This document shows, piece by piece, positions 7,146 to 19,100 of a stretch of DNA of 40,539 nucleotides (position 1 is the stretch's first letter; the number at the start of each line of letters is the position of its first letter). The DNA is from a virus (taxonomy: Duplodnaviria; Caudoviricetes), in IMG/VR virus record IMGVR_UViG_3300016667_000290, positions 1-40,539 of that record; one strand, given 5' to 3'. A program made the translations under genes and the position numbers. The notes beneath the pieces are model-generated. The model was given only the letters and a program-made list of their open reading frames with translations, was not told the origin of the DNA and did no database searches.

Positions 7146-10100
7146 CTTGATGATCCGGGCATCCTGATCAATCAGGTACTGGCGGGCGGCCTGACGCACC
7201 TGCTCGTTGTTGATGGCCACGGGCGTCTGCGGGTTCTTGGCGTTCCACTCCTTGAGTTGCTTGGCAGCTTCCTGCTGGAGCTTCTCATCCTTGGTGGCGA
7301 TGCCCCGGGCCCACATGTCCACGATGTCGGACTCGACGTTCTTTTGCAGAGCGCGATCCTGCATCACCGGGCCACGAGCGCGTGAGGCCTGGGCCAGCTT
7401 GGTCGGGTTGAACCCCACCGACTTGACCACGGCGTCGGCCAGGGTCACGTCCATGTTCTTGCGGCCCTTGGTGTCCTTGGCCGTGCCGGTGGTCGCCATA
7501 TCGACGCCCTGGGCCACGTCCTTGACCGCCTTGGGCGCCAAGCTCTGGATCGCCTTGCCGGTGTTGCCTGAGGTCTTGGCCTCGTAGGCGTCGTTGATCT
7601 GCTGGAGCAGCGAGCCAGCGGGGCCGACCACCTCGGTCACCTCGCGGATCTTGTTGCCCTCGGCCGAGGCCTTGAACAGCCCGGTGCCGGGGATCAGGTT
7701 GCCCAGCCCCAGGCGGCCGGAGAAGTCCAGCGGCAGCACCGACGACACGCCGTAGAGGAACAGGTCGCCACCGGTCTTGCCCAGGATCTCATAGGCCAGA
7801 CGGCGCTTGTTGCGCTTCACGTTGGTGTCGTACCCCATCATCTGGCCGATGGTGTCGATCAGGTCTTCGAGGTCTTGCGCGAACGGCAGGCCCTCTTCGC
7901 CGGCTGCCAGCATCAGCATGGCCATCATGATCAGCGCCGCACGCTTGCCCTCGGGCCCGCCCTTGGTGGCCATGCGCTTGACCAGTTCGACGTACATCAG
8001 GCTGAACTGCTTGAAGGTCAGCACCACGCGCCCGGTGGCGCTCCTTGCCAAGTTCGGGCGGTTCGCCTTGTTGTAGATGCCCTGCGTCTCGTTCACCGCC
8101 CGCACCGCGAAGGCGTAGGGGTTGGGATCCTTGTTGGCGATCGCCACGTTCCAGGCCGCGAGGAACGTGAGCTTGCGGTTGAAGGACTCGGCCACCGAGA
8201 ACATCATGCCCCAGAGGGTGAAGAAAGCCTCGGAGCGGGCACGCACGCCCTCGGTGCCGGCCTTGAGCTTGTTGCCCACCACCGGCAGCTTGGAGAGTGT
8301 GTTGGCCAGCTTGATCGACACACCCTGGGCCCCCTGGCTATACAGGTGGAAGATTTCTTGGGCTTCCACGATGCCTTCCTGGCTGGCACGCTTAAGCGCC
8401 TTGCGCAGGTCAGGGTCGGTGATCTGCTTGCGCCCCATGGCGATCAGGAACGCATTGGCCATGGCCTTTGCAGCGGTGCCCGGGCCGAACTGGGAGAGGT
8501 ACGGGCCGGTCATCAGCAGCGGCTGGGTCAAGTTGACCAGGGCCGAGGCCACCGAGCCGCCCAGGAACCAAGCAAACATGAGCGCCGACACCGGTGCAGC
8601 CGGGTCGTTGGGCGTCATCATGAACTCGCGCAGCTTGATCGCCTCGTCCATCACGTCACCCTTTTCTTTCGGGATGAACTTGATGGCGTTGTTCAGGTCG
8701 CGCAGGTAGTAACGCTGGGCGGCCATCCGGCCGTTGCTGGTGATGAAGTTGGAGAGGATGCGCGGCAGGTCGTCGCTGAAACCCTCGATCTTCTTGCGCT
8801 CCAGGCGGCGCTTGAGCGCAGACCGCTCGGCCAGGGCCTGCTTGTAATACTCGCGCATCACCTTGTCGGCGCCGACTTCCTCGGCAAACAGCGCCAGCGT
8901 CTCGGGCGAAATGCCGGAGTAGAGCTTGTAGGACTCGTTGCTCTTGACGCCCTTGCTCAACTTCACGCCAGTGTTGCCGGCGTACTTGACCTGCATCTCG
9001 TTGTACTTGGCATTCGCCTCGGCCTGCGTCTCGAACATGCCGAAGTAGTGCACCACGGCCTCGCCCTCGTCGTCGCGCACGAGGTTGCCCGTTTCCGGGT
9101 TCACTTCCTGCACGGTCACGGTGAACTGCCCGAAGCGCATCAGCGGCATGTAGCCCGCGGCCTTGAGTTCACGGGACTTGGCGAAGATAGCCTTCACCTT
9201 TTCCTCGGTGTCCTCGTAGGCCTTGATGGTTTCCTCCAGCGAGGCGATCTTCTCGTCGCTGGCTTCCTGCTCGCGGGCATTGTCCAGGGCCGCTTGCAGC
9301 AGCTTCTTGGCCTTGGCCAGCGCCCCGAAGATCACGTTGTTGGCCCGCTTGGGGTTGTCGATGATCTGGCGGCGGGACTGCTTGGGGATATAGCCCTGGG
9401 CCATGGCGTAGGCCTCGGCCGCTGCCACCTCTTCCAGGCTGGCGTCGATCGCGGCACGGCCCTGCTGGTACAGCGCCACGCCTGCGTCATCCAACTGGAA
9501 GTTGTTGCGCAGTTCCTCTTCCGTCCAGACCTTGCCATCGAGCACGGTCTTGCCATCCAGGGTGCCGGCCAGCATTGCATTGGTCGCGCCCTGCAAGCTC
9601 TTGTCGCGCACGTTGCCCATGGCCAGGGTCTTGATGGCCGAGCCGGAGTCATCCACCTTGCGCAGGATCCCTGGGGCCAACTCGGCGGGCCGGATCGAGG
9701 TCAAGCTCACCTCGTTCTGCATGGCGTTCACGAATGCGAACACCTTGCCGTAGTGCTCGTCCTTCAGGGCCTTGTTGAACTGGGTGGACAGGGTGCGATC
9801 GTAGAAGGAGAAGGTGCGCAGGTTGTCACGGTTGCCAAAGAACTGCGTCAGGTTGCGCTGCACCTTGCGGGTGATGTCCTGCACCGGGGGCAGGTCGCCT
9901 TCCTTCTTGACTTCCTTCTCGCCCAGCCACTGCTCGAAGTCCATGTCGCGCAGCATCTCGCCGGACTGGAAGCTGCCGTCGCCAGCCATCACGGCCTTCA
10001 GGCCCTGGATCACCGCGTTATCGGAGCGCAGGCCGAGCATGGCCTTGACGCGCTGCACGAACTCCTTGAGCCACTGGGCGGCACGGCTGACCCACAAGCC

Positions 10101-13100
10101 CTTGGCCGCGTAGCGCCCCGACAGAATGCGGGTGGCATTGACGGCCCAGAACTCAGACGGGCTGAAGAGTTGGTAGTGCTGGTCGTAACTGAGCACGCCG
10201 GTGCCGAAGGCCTGGGACACCCGCTTGCCTGCCTCCTTGTCGCCAAAAGCGGCGGCCAGCATGTCGCGCATGGCCTGCTGCTGGGCCTTGGTGGCCTTCT
10301 TGTACGCGGCGTCCCACTGGCGCTGCCACTCGCGCAGAATGGCCGCCTGCACCTCGCGGGGCATCATGGCCTCGGTGTGGTGCAGGATTTCATGAACCGC
10401 CGTGCCACCGCCGTCGAGGTTGGCCGAGAACAGGTACATGATCCGCTCAAACGGGCTGTACTCGCCCCGGGCGTTGCCGCCTTCCTTGCCGCTGATCGAA
10501 TAGCCGAGGTCGTTGGCCAGTTGCGGGTTCTGCTCCAGCAGCCACTGGGCGAAGTCAGCCTCGTAGCGAGGCACCATCCCATCGGCTACACCGCGGCGAA
10601 GCTGCGACACGATCCAGTCAGCACCCCGGCGCCGGCCGCGCTCGATTTCAGCCAGCACGCGCTCGTCGCGCTGGTCGTTGAGTTGGCGGGTCAGTTCGCG
10701 GGCGGCCAGGACGTACTCGGCTTCCGTGATCTTGCCGGCGTCCAGCTTCTTCTCCAGGGTGTTGAGCTTCTGGCGGGCTGCCACGCGCTTCTGCTCGGGC
10801 AGCACAGAGAATGCGATGGACGGGCTGCGCTTGAAGTCAAAGACGTTGTTGCCCTGGCGGCGGGCGTCCAGCCCCAGTAGCTCGTTCGGAGCCCACGGGC
10901 CAGCCTTACGCTGGCCACCGCTGAAGTACCGCACCTCAACCGGCAGCGATGCCTCGCCCAGTTCTCGGGCCACCATGATTCGGTGGTTGCCCTCGCTCAC
11001 CCAGGCGACACCGAACGGATCCACTTCGACGTAAACGGGCTCCTTCTTGACCTCATCCCAGTTTTCGCGGATGTACTTGAGCGAATCCTCGCGCACGTTC
11101 TCCTGCTCACCGCTCTCGCCCTTCAGGGTCGATAGCAGGTAGGTAGGCAGGTTCAGCGGGCGCTTGAAGTAGCCGGTGACCGAGCCCATGCGGCGCGGCA
11201 CGCCCCACTTGTTGCGGCCACCCTCTTCTGCGTCTTGCACCTTGCCGGCCAGCCAGTTCTCGTTGGGGATGTCCTCTTTGTAGACGGCGGGCTGGGCCAC
11301 GATGTCTTGCAGGTTCCCCTTGCCCTTCTGCTCGCCCAGCATCTGCTTGGCTTTGTCCAGATGGGTCAAGGCAACAATCGGCTCCTGGCGTCCGCTCATG
11401 ATGTACTCCAAGGCCTTCATCGCATCGTCTGCGTAGTAGACCTTGGCCACCATGATCGAGCCGCGTTTGTAGAAGTCGCCGGTGATGCTGGTCAGTTGCC
11501 GGTCGAGGTAATAGGTGCCGCCGTCTTTCTTGGAGGACGGCACAAAGAAATTGAACCCGGATCCGTGCTTGGTGACCTTGAATACGCCGTCCTCGGTGCC
11601 GACCGTTCCGCTGAAGTCTTCCACGAACTTGACGGCCATGAGTGCGCTATTCATGCGCACCGGCTGTTTGCTCATCTCCTTCTCGAAGTCGAACTGGCGC
11701 GACATCAGCACACCCTGGCCGGTGGTGCCGTCCTTGCGGGTGTAGGTGATGATCTGGCCCGGGAACTTGGCAAAGCCGCCAAGGATGTTCCCTGTCACGA
11801 TCCACCGCTTCTCGCGGCGCGAGTGGGTGCCCTTGTCGAACACGGTCAGCACCGATGTCAACTCAAGCTGCTGCGTCTCCGGGTTGAACCAGTGGATGCT
11901 GCGCTCTTGAGCCAGTTGGTACTTGGTGCTGATCTGGCTGAAAGTAAGGCTCAAGGTCTTGGCGTCACCGTTGGCCAGGGCAATCTGCATCTTCCAGTCC
12001 GAGCCGACAGCGGGGTTGGCCGTGCGCTTGGCCGGGTGGATGTCAGTGATGACCCCGTAGACGATCTGGCCGAGCTTGTCCTTGATCGAGATGCTCTGGC
12101 CGATGTGGTAGTTCTCCAGCACGGCCTTGGTGTTGTTCCAGATCATGTTGAGCAGGTTCTTCTGCGCCTCGATCCGCACTTGGTCGGCGTCAGGGGCCTG
12201 CTGCATCTTGGCCACGCGCTCCACGGCGTAGGCCTTGGCCCGCTCGTTGAGGTCTGCAATCTGCTCGGACGAAACCTGCTCCGCTGTCTTGCCGCCCAGG
12301 CGCTCATCCACCATGTCGAGCACTTCTTTCTGGGTGAACGGCTTGACCGTGCGCTTCACGTCCACCCGCTCCATGTTAGCGGGGCTGGCAAACACAGACG
12401 GGTCGCCCTTGTCCTCGGTGATCTGCTGGGTGCTGATCGTCTCGGCATCCAGATCAACGGCCTTGGCTTCGAGCTTGTTGGTGCCCAGGGTGTTCTCGCG
12501 CTCGATCAACTCGTTGTAGCGGTCGATCAGGTCGCGGTAGATTTCCTCCTGCTGCTTGATGGGCAGGATCGGGATGTAACCCGTGAGCTTCCGGATGTCG
12601 TCTTCAGTACCTTCTGACGAGTCCTCGGCCAGCGGCATGACCTTGCTGCCGCCGATGGCCTCCAGCACGTCCGGGTTGTCGCGCAGGTACTCCTGCACTA
12701 CCTGCCCGCCGTAGTCGTTCATGAAGTCCACCACGCCCTCGGCCGTCACCGAGGACTTGCGCGAGGCGGTGGTATTGGCGTTCAGCGACGCCATCTTCTT
12801 GAGCAGCACGGCAGCCGGCCGCATCTCGGCGGGCACGTCGGCCATCATCTGCGAGTAGGCCGGGGCGATCACCTGACCGGTGCGGTGCACACGTCCCAGC
12901 ATCTGCATGTGGGTGTCGATGTTCTTTTCGGCCTGGACAATGATCATGTGCCGCTTGCGCTGATCCTTGAACTTTGACGAAGCGTGCAGCGACAGACCGG
13001 TCGAACCGGCTTGGTTCAGGATGATTACGTCGATGTCTCCGTTGTTGAACCCGCGCACGGCGTTCACACGCTGTTTGATGGTGGCGCTGCGGCCGGTCAA

Positions 13101-16100
13101 CTTGGGGGCGCTGCCGTCGTAATTGATGGTGATCGTGCGGCCCGTGATTTCATCGGTTTTGTACCCTGCCCTGCGCAGTTCGGTGTGCAGGAAGTCGATC
13201 GGACTGATTGGCGCCGAGCCAAAGCCAGCATCCATGATCTGCTGGCGCACGGCCTCGAACTGGGCCACCAGGGCGGGGCCAAGCTCCTTGTCTGTCAGGC
13301 GGCGCTGGGTCTTGTTGCCGGCTGCGTCCTTGATCGTGACCATGCGCTGCTTGTCGAGGTAGCGCACATACAGGTCGGCAAACGACAGGGCCACCGGGTC
13401 GCCCACGTTCAGACCCATTTCCTCGGCGTAGTCCTTGAGGAATGAGCCCATGGTGTTCGATACCGTCATCACCACCTTCTCGCCGGCTTTTAGCCGCTCG
13501 ATGGCGTGGCGCACGCTGTCTTGGGCCTTGAGGGAGAGCAGCATCTGGTCGATCAGGTTGTGCATGATCGAGCCGAAGTTCGCGCCCTGGATGGTCGATT
13601 TCTCGCCACCCATCTCGCGGATCATCTGCCCCTCTTTGTCCATCTCCTTCTGGATGTTGGCGATCACCGCCTCTTTCGCACGGGAGAAGGCCAAGATCGA
13701 GCGCATGGCGATGGCCATGTTCTCGGCAGTCTGCTTTTCAACCTTGGTTTCGGTGGTGTCGTAGGACACCCCAGCAAAGGTGCGCTCGCGCCGGATGTAC
13801 TGGCCATCCATGGTCAGCATGTTGGCCACCACCTGCTGCATCGGCACGCCACCTAGCTTGATGGCTTCGGCCAACTGACTGAGCTTGTCCACAGCCAGCT
13901 TCATGTTTGTGCTGGAGTACAGATCCATCACGTCCGGGCGTTTTGCGTATGTGGCAGACGAGAAGAACGTTCCGTAGGCCCTGCCGACCAGCCCGCGCAC
14001 AAAAGCGGCGCGTCCGGTGACGAGGCTCTCGCCTTCCTTGGCTTTCTCTCGCTGCTCCTTGGTTCGAGCCTGAGTCTCTCCCGCCCCGCCGGCGTTGTGA
14101 GACTCATCAAAGATCATGTAGTTGCCGGCTCCGAACTGCTGCACGAACTTCATGCGCTGGGTGACCTTGCCTTTGTGCGTCTGCAACTGGCTGTACGTGG
14201 TGAAGATCACCTTGTATTCGCCCAGGCTCTCAGCCTCCATCATCCCCTTCATGAGGTCTTCCAACTCCTTGCCGGACTTAGGCGCCCGGAGAGTCAGGTT
14301 GTTCTCGGTCACCTCGCCGTTGACATCGCGCAGCAGGGTGTAAGGGATCGAGTCTTTGCTGTTGGTGATGAGGATGCGCGGCTTGTTTGTGTCCAGAGCC
14401 AGATCGTCGGTCATTCCGATGTCGTCCAGATCGCGGATCATGTCGGCGTATAGGTTCGGCTTCTCGGTGACAAAGATCGGTGTCTTGTCGTTGACCAGGG
14501 CGTAGCGGATCATGGCCGCCACCACGCGCCCCTTACCGATACCGGTCTGGTCGCCGATGATGAACCCGCGCCCTTCCTCGGCGTTCTTGATGGCCAGGGC
14601 CAATGCGTCCACCTGCTCTGCCGAGAAGTTGGATCGCACCGTCTCCGGATCCATGCTCAGGCGCTCGGCGACATACTCATCGAGGTTGCCGACCTGATCT
14701 TCCAGCTTCTGGAGCGATGCCTCGATGGCATCGCGCATGGCGCGAGGCACAAGCGTGCCTACGGATGACGCCTGCGAGTGAGGCGTGTACTCGACTTGGT
14801 TTTCTGTTTCCTGCTCTTCGCCCCGGCGGTCGTTCAGTCCAGATCCGACTCGCTCACCACTGACAACGCTTGCTCCACCCAGTCCATCAGATCCAGATTG
14901 AGCGCGTCCTTCACGTCCTGGCTGGGTTCCGTCACCACCCCCGGAAACGGGTGCTTGTCCGGCATTGCCAGTTCCATCTGCGTTCGCAGGTTTAGGTTGT
15001 GCAGTACCAGACTCTGCCCCGCTTGGTTCAGATACTCCGGTTGCGGGACGTTCAGCGCCTTGCACGCTTGCATCGTTTCCTGCTCCCCCGCCTTGTCCGC
15101 GAGTTCCTGCACCCGATCGGCCAGGGCTTCCCACCACTGGCGTTCCGTCACCGGCCCCGGCGGCAGCTTCACCGCTACCAGTTTCATCGGTACTGACATC
15201 CCCTTCGGTGCCCACGCTACGAGTGCCATTCAGCTTCTCCTTGAGTTCGTCATACGATCCGATCATCTTGGGCAGATCGGCGGCTGGCAGGTCACGCGAC
15301 GACTTGCCGCGCCCTTCGATGACGATGACATCCACCGGGTAGGACGCCCCTTGTTTGGAGTAAAGGGAGCCATCCACAGTGAAGTGGTCAACGACATTGT
15401 ATTGCTGGTAGAGGTTGAAGTAGAAGGCCCGCTTGTTCTTGCCGCGGTAGTCCTCCCGTCGCCCGTCCTCGCTGGTGGCGTTCGAGCCGCCGACGATCAG
15501 CACGGCGCGGCCGTCGTCCTTCATGGCTTCCAGCGCCTTGAATGCGATGGCGTGATCCACCTCGCGGGTGCCGTAGCTCGGGCTGACCTCGTAGACGATC
15601 GTGTTGCCCTGGTCGTCCTTGGTCGCGCCGAACGGGGGGTTGGCGATCACGGCGTCCTGGGACTTGGAAACAGCGAACACTTCCGTGGCCGCGTTCAGAC
15701 GATGTGCATTACGGAAACCCATGGCCCGCAGCATTTGGAATCGCTGACTGTTTAGTTCGTTAGCCGTAACTCGATCTGCGTTTGCTCCGATCAGCAGCAT
15801 CCCATTGCCAGCGGTAGGTTCAACCACACGGCTCTTGTCTGTGATTCCAGCCAGTTCCGAGGCCACGTAGGCCAGCGGCACAGGCGTGCTGTACGCCTGA
15901 TCGCGCACGCTGGTGGACGAGCGCACGGCGAGGTTGGGCTGGGCGTTGTAGAGGCTCACCAGCCGGTCGTAGATGACCTGGGGGCTGCGGCCCTGGGCGC
16001 GGCCTGCCTTGACCATCTCGCGTGCCGCCAGCACCACTGCCACCTCAATCGTCTCGTCGGCCTGCTTGGCCAGTTCGGTGCCCGGTTCGATCTTCTTGCC

Positions 16101-19100
16101 GATCAACTCTCCGATGCGCTTGCGGGCCTCGATGATGGTGGCGAAGCTCGCGCCGCCGATGAACTCGTCGGCCAGGGTCTGTGCCACCTTGAACTTGCCC
16201 TCGGCCGTGTGCAGGTCGGAGGGCTCGGCCACGGGCTCGGTTGAGGTTTCCTCAACTGCATCGACAAGCTCATCCAGCGACTCGACGGCGATCACTTCCT
16301 GCTTGCTGCTGGCCGTGCCCTCGGCTTGGTACTTGCCGGCCATGCCGATGTAGGAGCCTTGCAGGTGGTCGAGCGTGATCTGGTCAGCGGCCTCCTTGCC
16401 CAGCTTCTCGCGGATCGTCTTGAGCACGAACCGGGCGGCGTCCTTGAACTTGTAGTAGCCCAGCCGGAAGGCGGCGTCCATCACGCGGGTGAGCACGGGC
16501 AGCAGGCGCTGCTCATCCTCGGGCATGATGTTCATGCGCGTGCTTTTGCCCAGGATGTCGCCCAGGTCACCCAGGGCGGCTTCGAGGTCGGCCTGGGCCT
16601 TGGCCTTCTTGGCCTCGGCTTCGGTCTTGGGCTTTACCCCATCGGCTTCCACGGGTTGGCTGGAAGCTCCGGCAGCGGGTAGTCCTCCTTCGGTGGGGGA
16701 GGCGGCGGCAGTTTCTGCTGGTGCTTGCTCATTTTTCTGGTTTGTTAATACAGCAGTGGTGGTGTGCGGTGTTTTTGAACCGTCTGGTCGAATGCCGCCA
16801 GCGTCAGAAAATTCAGTTTCCGCAATTTTTTCAACCGGCACTCCGTCTTTGTATTGCTGCGAAGCACGAGGACTCATCTTTGTGACGTGACCATCGTCCG
16901 CTTGAAACACAAGTTGGCCAGTCAAATTATTGATTTCGATACGCCCGGTAATGGGCGCGTCAAAATCAAGTATGGAGTTTTCGAGCGTGATCTTTGGCGA
17001 CAACGTGCGCGATTGACTGACTTCACCATTGCGCGTAATGACAATGTGCGTGCCACGGTCGTCTGACTTGGTGTAACGGTTTACACCTTCAGGAAAGTTT
17101 GGCTCTCCAGTCTTGGCGTTAATCTTGTTTTCAGATTGTGTCCATCCAGTTGGATCAAACTTGTTTACTTGTCGTTCGGTTCCTCGTTGCGGCGTCGGTT
17201 GTTGCGCTTCTGCTTGCTGGGCTTGATCGGCTTGAGTGCCATTGCGTCTTTCCTTTGCTTCCTTCTCTGTGCGCGGCTTCACCGGCTCGAACGGGACATT
17301 CGAGTCGTCGGGCGCAGCTTCAACGGGCGTGTTGTTCTGGATCGCCTCGCGCTCCAGTCGTGCCTCGCGCTCGACCTCGGTTTCGTTTACCGGGGCGCCG
17401 GCTGGTAGGCCTTCGTATCGTTGGCCTGCTTCGGCACTGCCTTGGGCGCCTGGGGCTTGCCCTGCGGGTTCTTGCTGGGCGGCTGGCCCGCCTGGTTGCC
17501 CAGTTGCGCTGCCGGCATCTTGATTGAGTGCAGGCCCAGTTGCTTGGTCTTGGTTTGGAGTTTCATTTTGAGTTCCCGGTTGGTCGAAGCGGTAAATCCG
17601 GCGCAGCTTCGCCACGTCGTCGCCAGCCGCTTCAAGCTGGCTCAGTTCATCTTGCTCGGTGGGCGTCAGCGACCCGGGCACCTCGTCGGTGCCGGCCTGC
17701 TTGTCCATCAGGTAATCGAAGCGGGTCTGCCCGAACTCGCGCACATCGTCATCGGTGATGGCGTTGCTCGGGGCCGGCTCTTCCGGGCGATCGGCGTTGG
17801 TGCCCATCACGGCCGGGGGGTTGATGGCTGGCGCACCGGCGTCTTCCGCAGCGACCGTGCGCGACGGGATCGGCTGGCCACCGGGCATGTAGATCGTGCC
17901 GTCCGGGTTCATCGAGCGCACGACCTGCTCGTTGATGCCCTCTTTGGTGAACTCGCGGCTGTTGATGTCGGCGACCAGGGCCCGGGCAAACTGATCCTCG
18001 GGCATCTGGGCCTCGTTGAGGAACTGCACGCCGCGACTGACGCCGGTGGTGCCGCCAGCCGTGATGCCCGATTGCATGATGGTCTGGGCGATCGTGTCGG
18101 CCACCTGCTTCAGGTAGTCCGCGCCGGTGGCATTCGGGTTCAGGGCCACGCCTTTGCCGCCGAACTTGTCCACGGCGAACTGGCCGCTGGTGGTCAGCAC
18201 CTCGCCCGGGACTTCCTTCTTGAGCGCGGCCCACAGGAAGCCGGCAATCTGGTCGGCAGGCAGACCCTTTGCCGCTGCCTTGAAGGCCTTGAGCGTCTCG
18301 CCCAGGCCGAACTTCTCGCCCACCAACTCAAAGGCGGCGAAGAGCGCGGCCCGGGTGGTGGCGTCCTGAACCGACTGGCCTTTGGCCTTGCCGTCGCTGT
18401 ACTCCTGGCCGAAGGTCTGGAGCGCCATGCCGGCCAGGGGGATTGCCTGCGAGGCAACGGCCGCGCCGCCGATCAGCAGCGGCAACTGCTGGGCGATGCT
18501 GTTGATGGCGCCTTCGAGGTTGCGCTCAAGGAAGGTTCCGGACTCTCCGATCGCCTCTTCTTTGCCGCGCAGGAACTTGCCGCCCTCGCGCATGGTCTTG
18601 CCGGCCTCGTCCAGGCCCATCGTGTCGGACAGGAACTCGCCGTAGCCGGCAGCCGCCTTGCCGAGCCCCAGGCCGGCCTTGGCCAGACCGCGCACCAGGG
18701 GGTTGTTCAAGCCGTTGGAGCCGCCCTGCTGGTCGAACAGTTGCTTGGTGTCGAAGTCGAACGTGGACTCCTGGGCCACGCCGCCGCGCTGCATGAACGG
18801 AATCTCGGCGCCCGGGTTCACCCCGGCGGCAGCCGACATCCTGCCCGCCGTCTCGGCAAAGCGCGGATCTTCACCTGCGGCAGCCAGCCGGCCGGCGCGG
18901 CCCTCGGCCCGGGTGTCGAGCGTCTTGGTGGTCGGCGTGGCGTTCTGGTCGGCACGCTCAAAGATCCCGGCCCGCTCCCGGGCCAGCATCCCCATCCAGT
19001 CCGGGCGGCCGGCCATGGTCTGGCGCTGCTCGGGGGTGGCGGCGTCCCACGCCTTGTTGAACTCGGCCCGCACCTCGGGGCGCACCGGCACCTTGCTGGT

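Noticed and set aside
7875-10880. 1001-aa ORF on the + strand
   Set aside because: Antisense shadow of the GC3-rich giant gene; no recognisable motifs and typical shadow composition (H/L/V/G/A-rich).
13928-14110. 60-aa alternative-frame ORF inside the helicase region as a fifth nested gene
   Set aside because: It overlaps conserved helicase motifs (DESH to SAT), has no SD, and has an R/S/P-rich off-frame composition.
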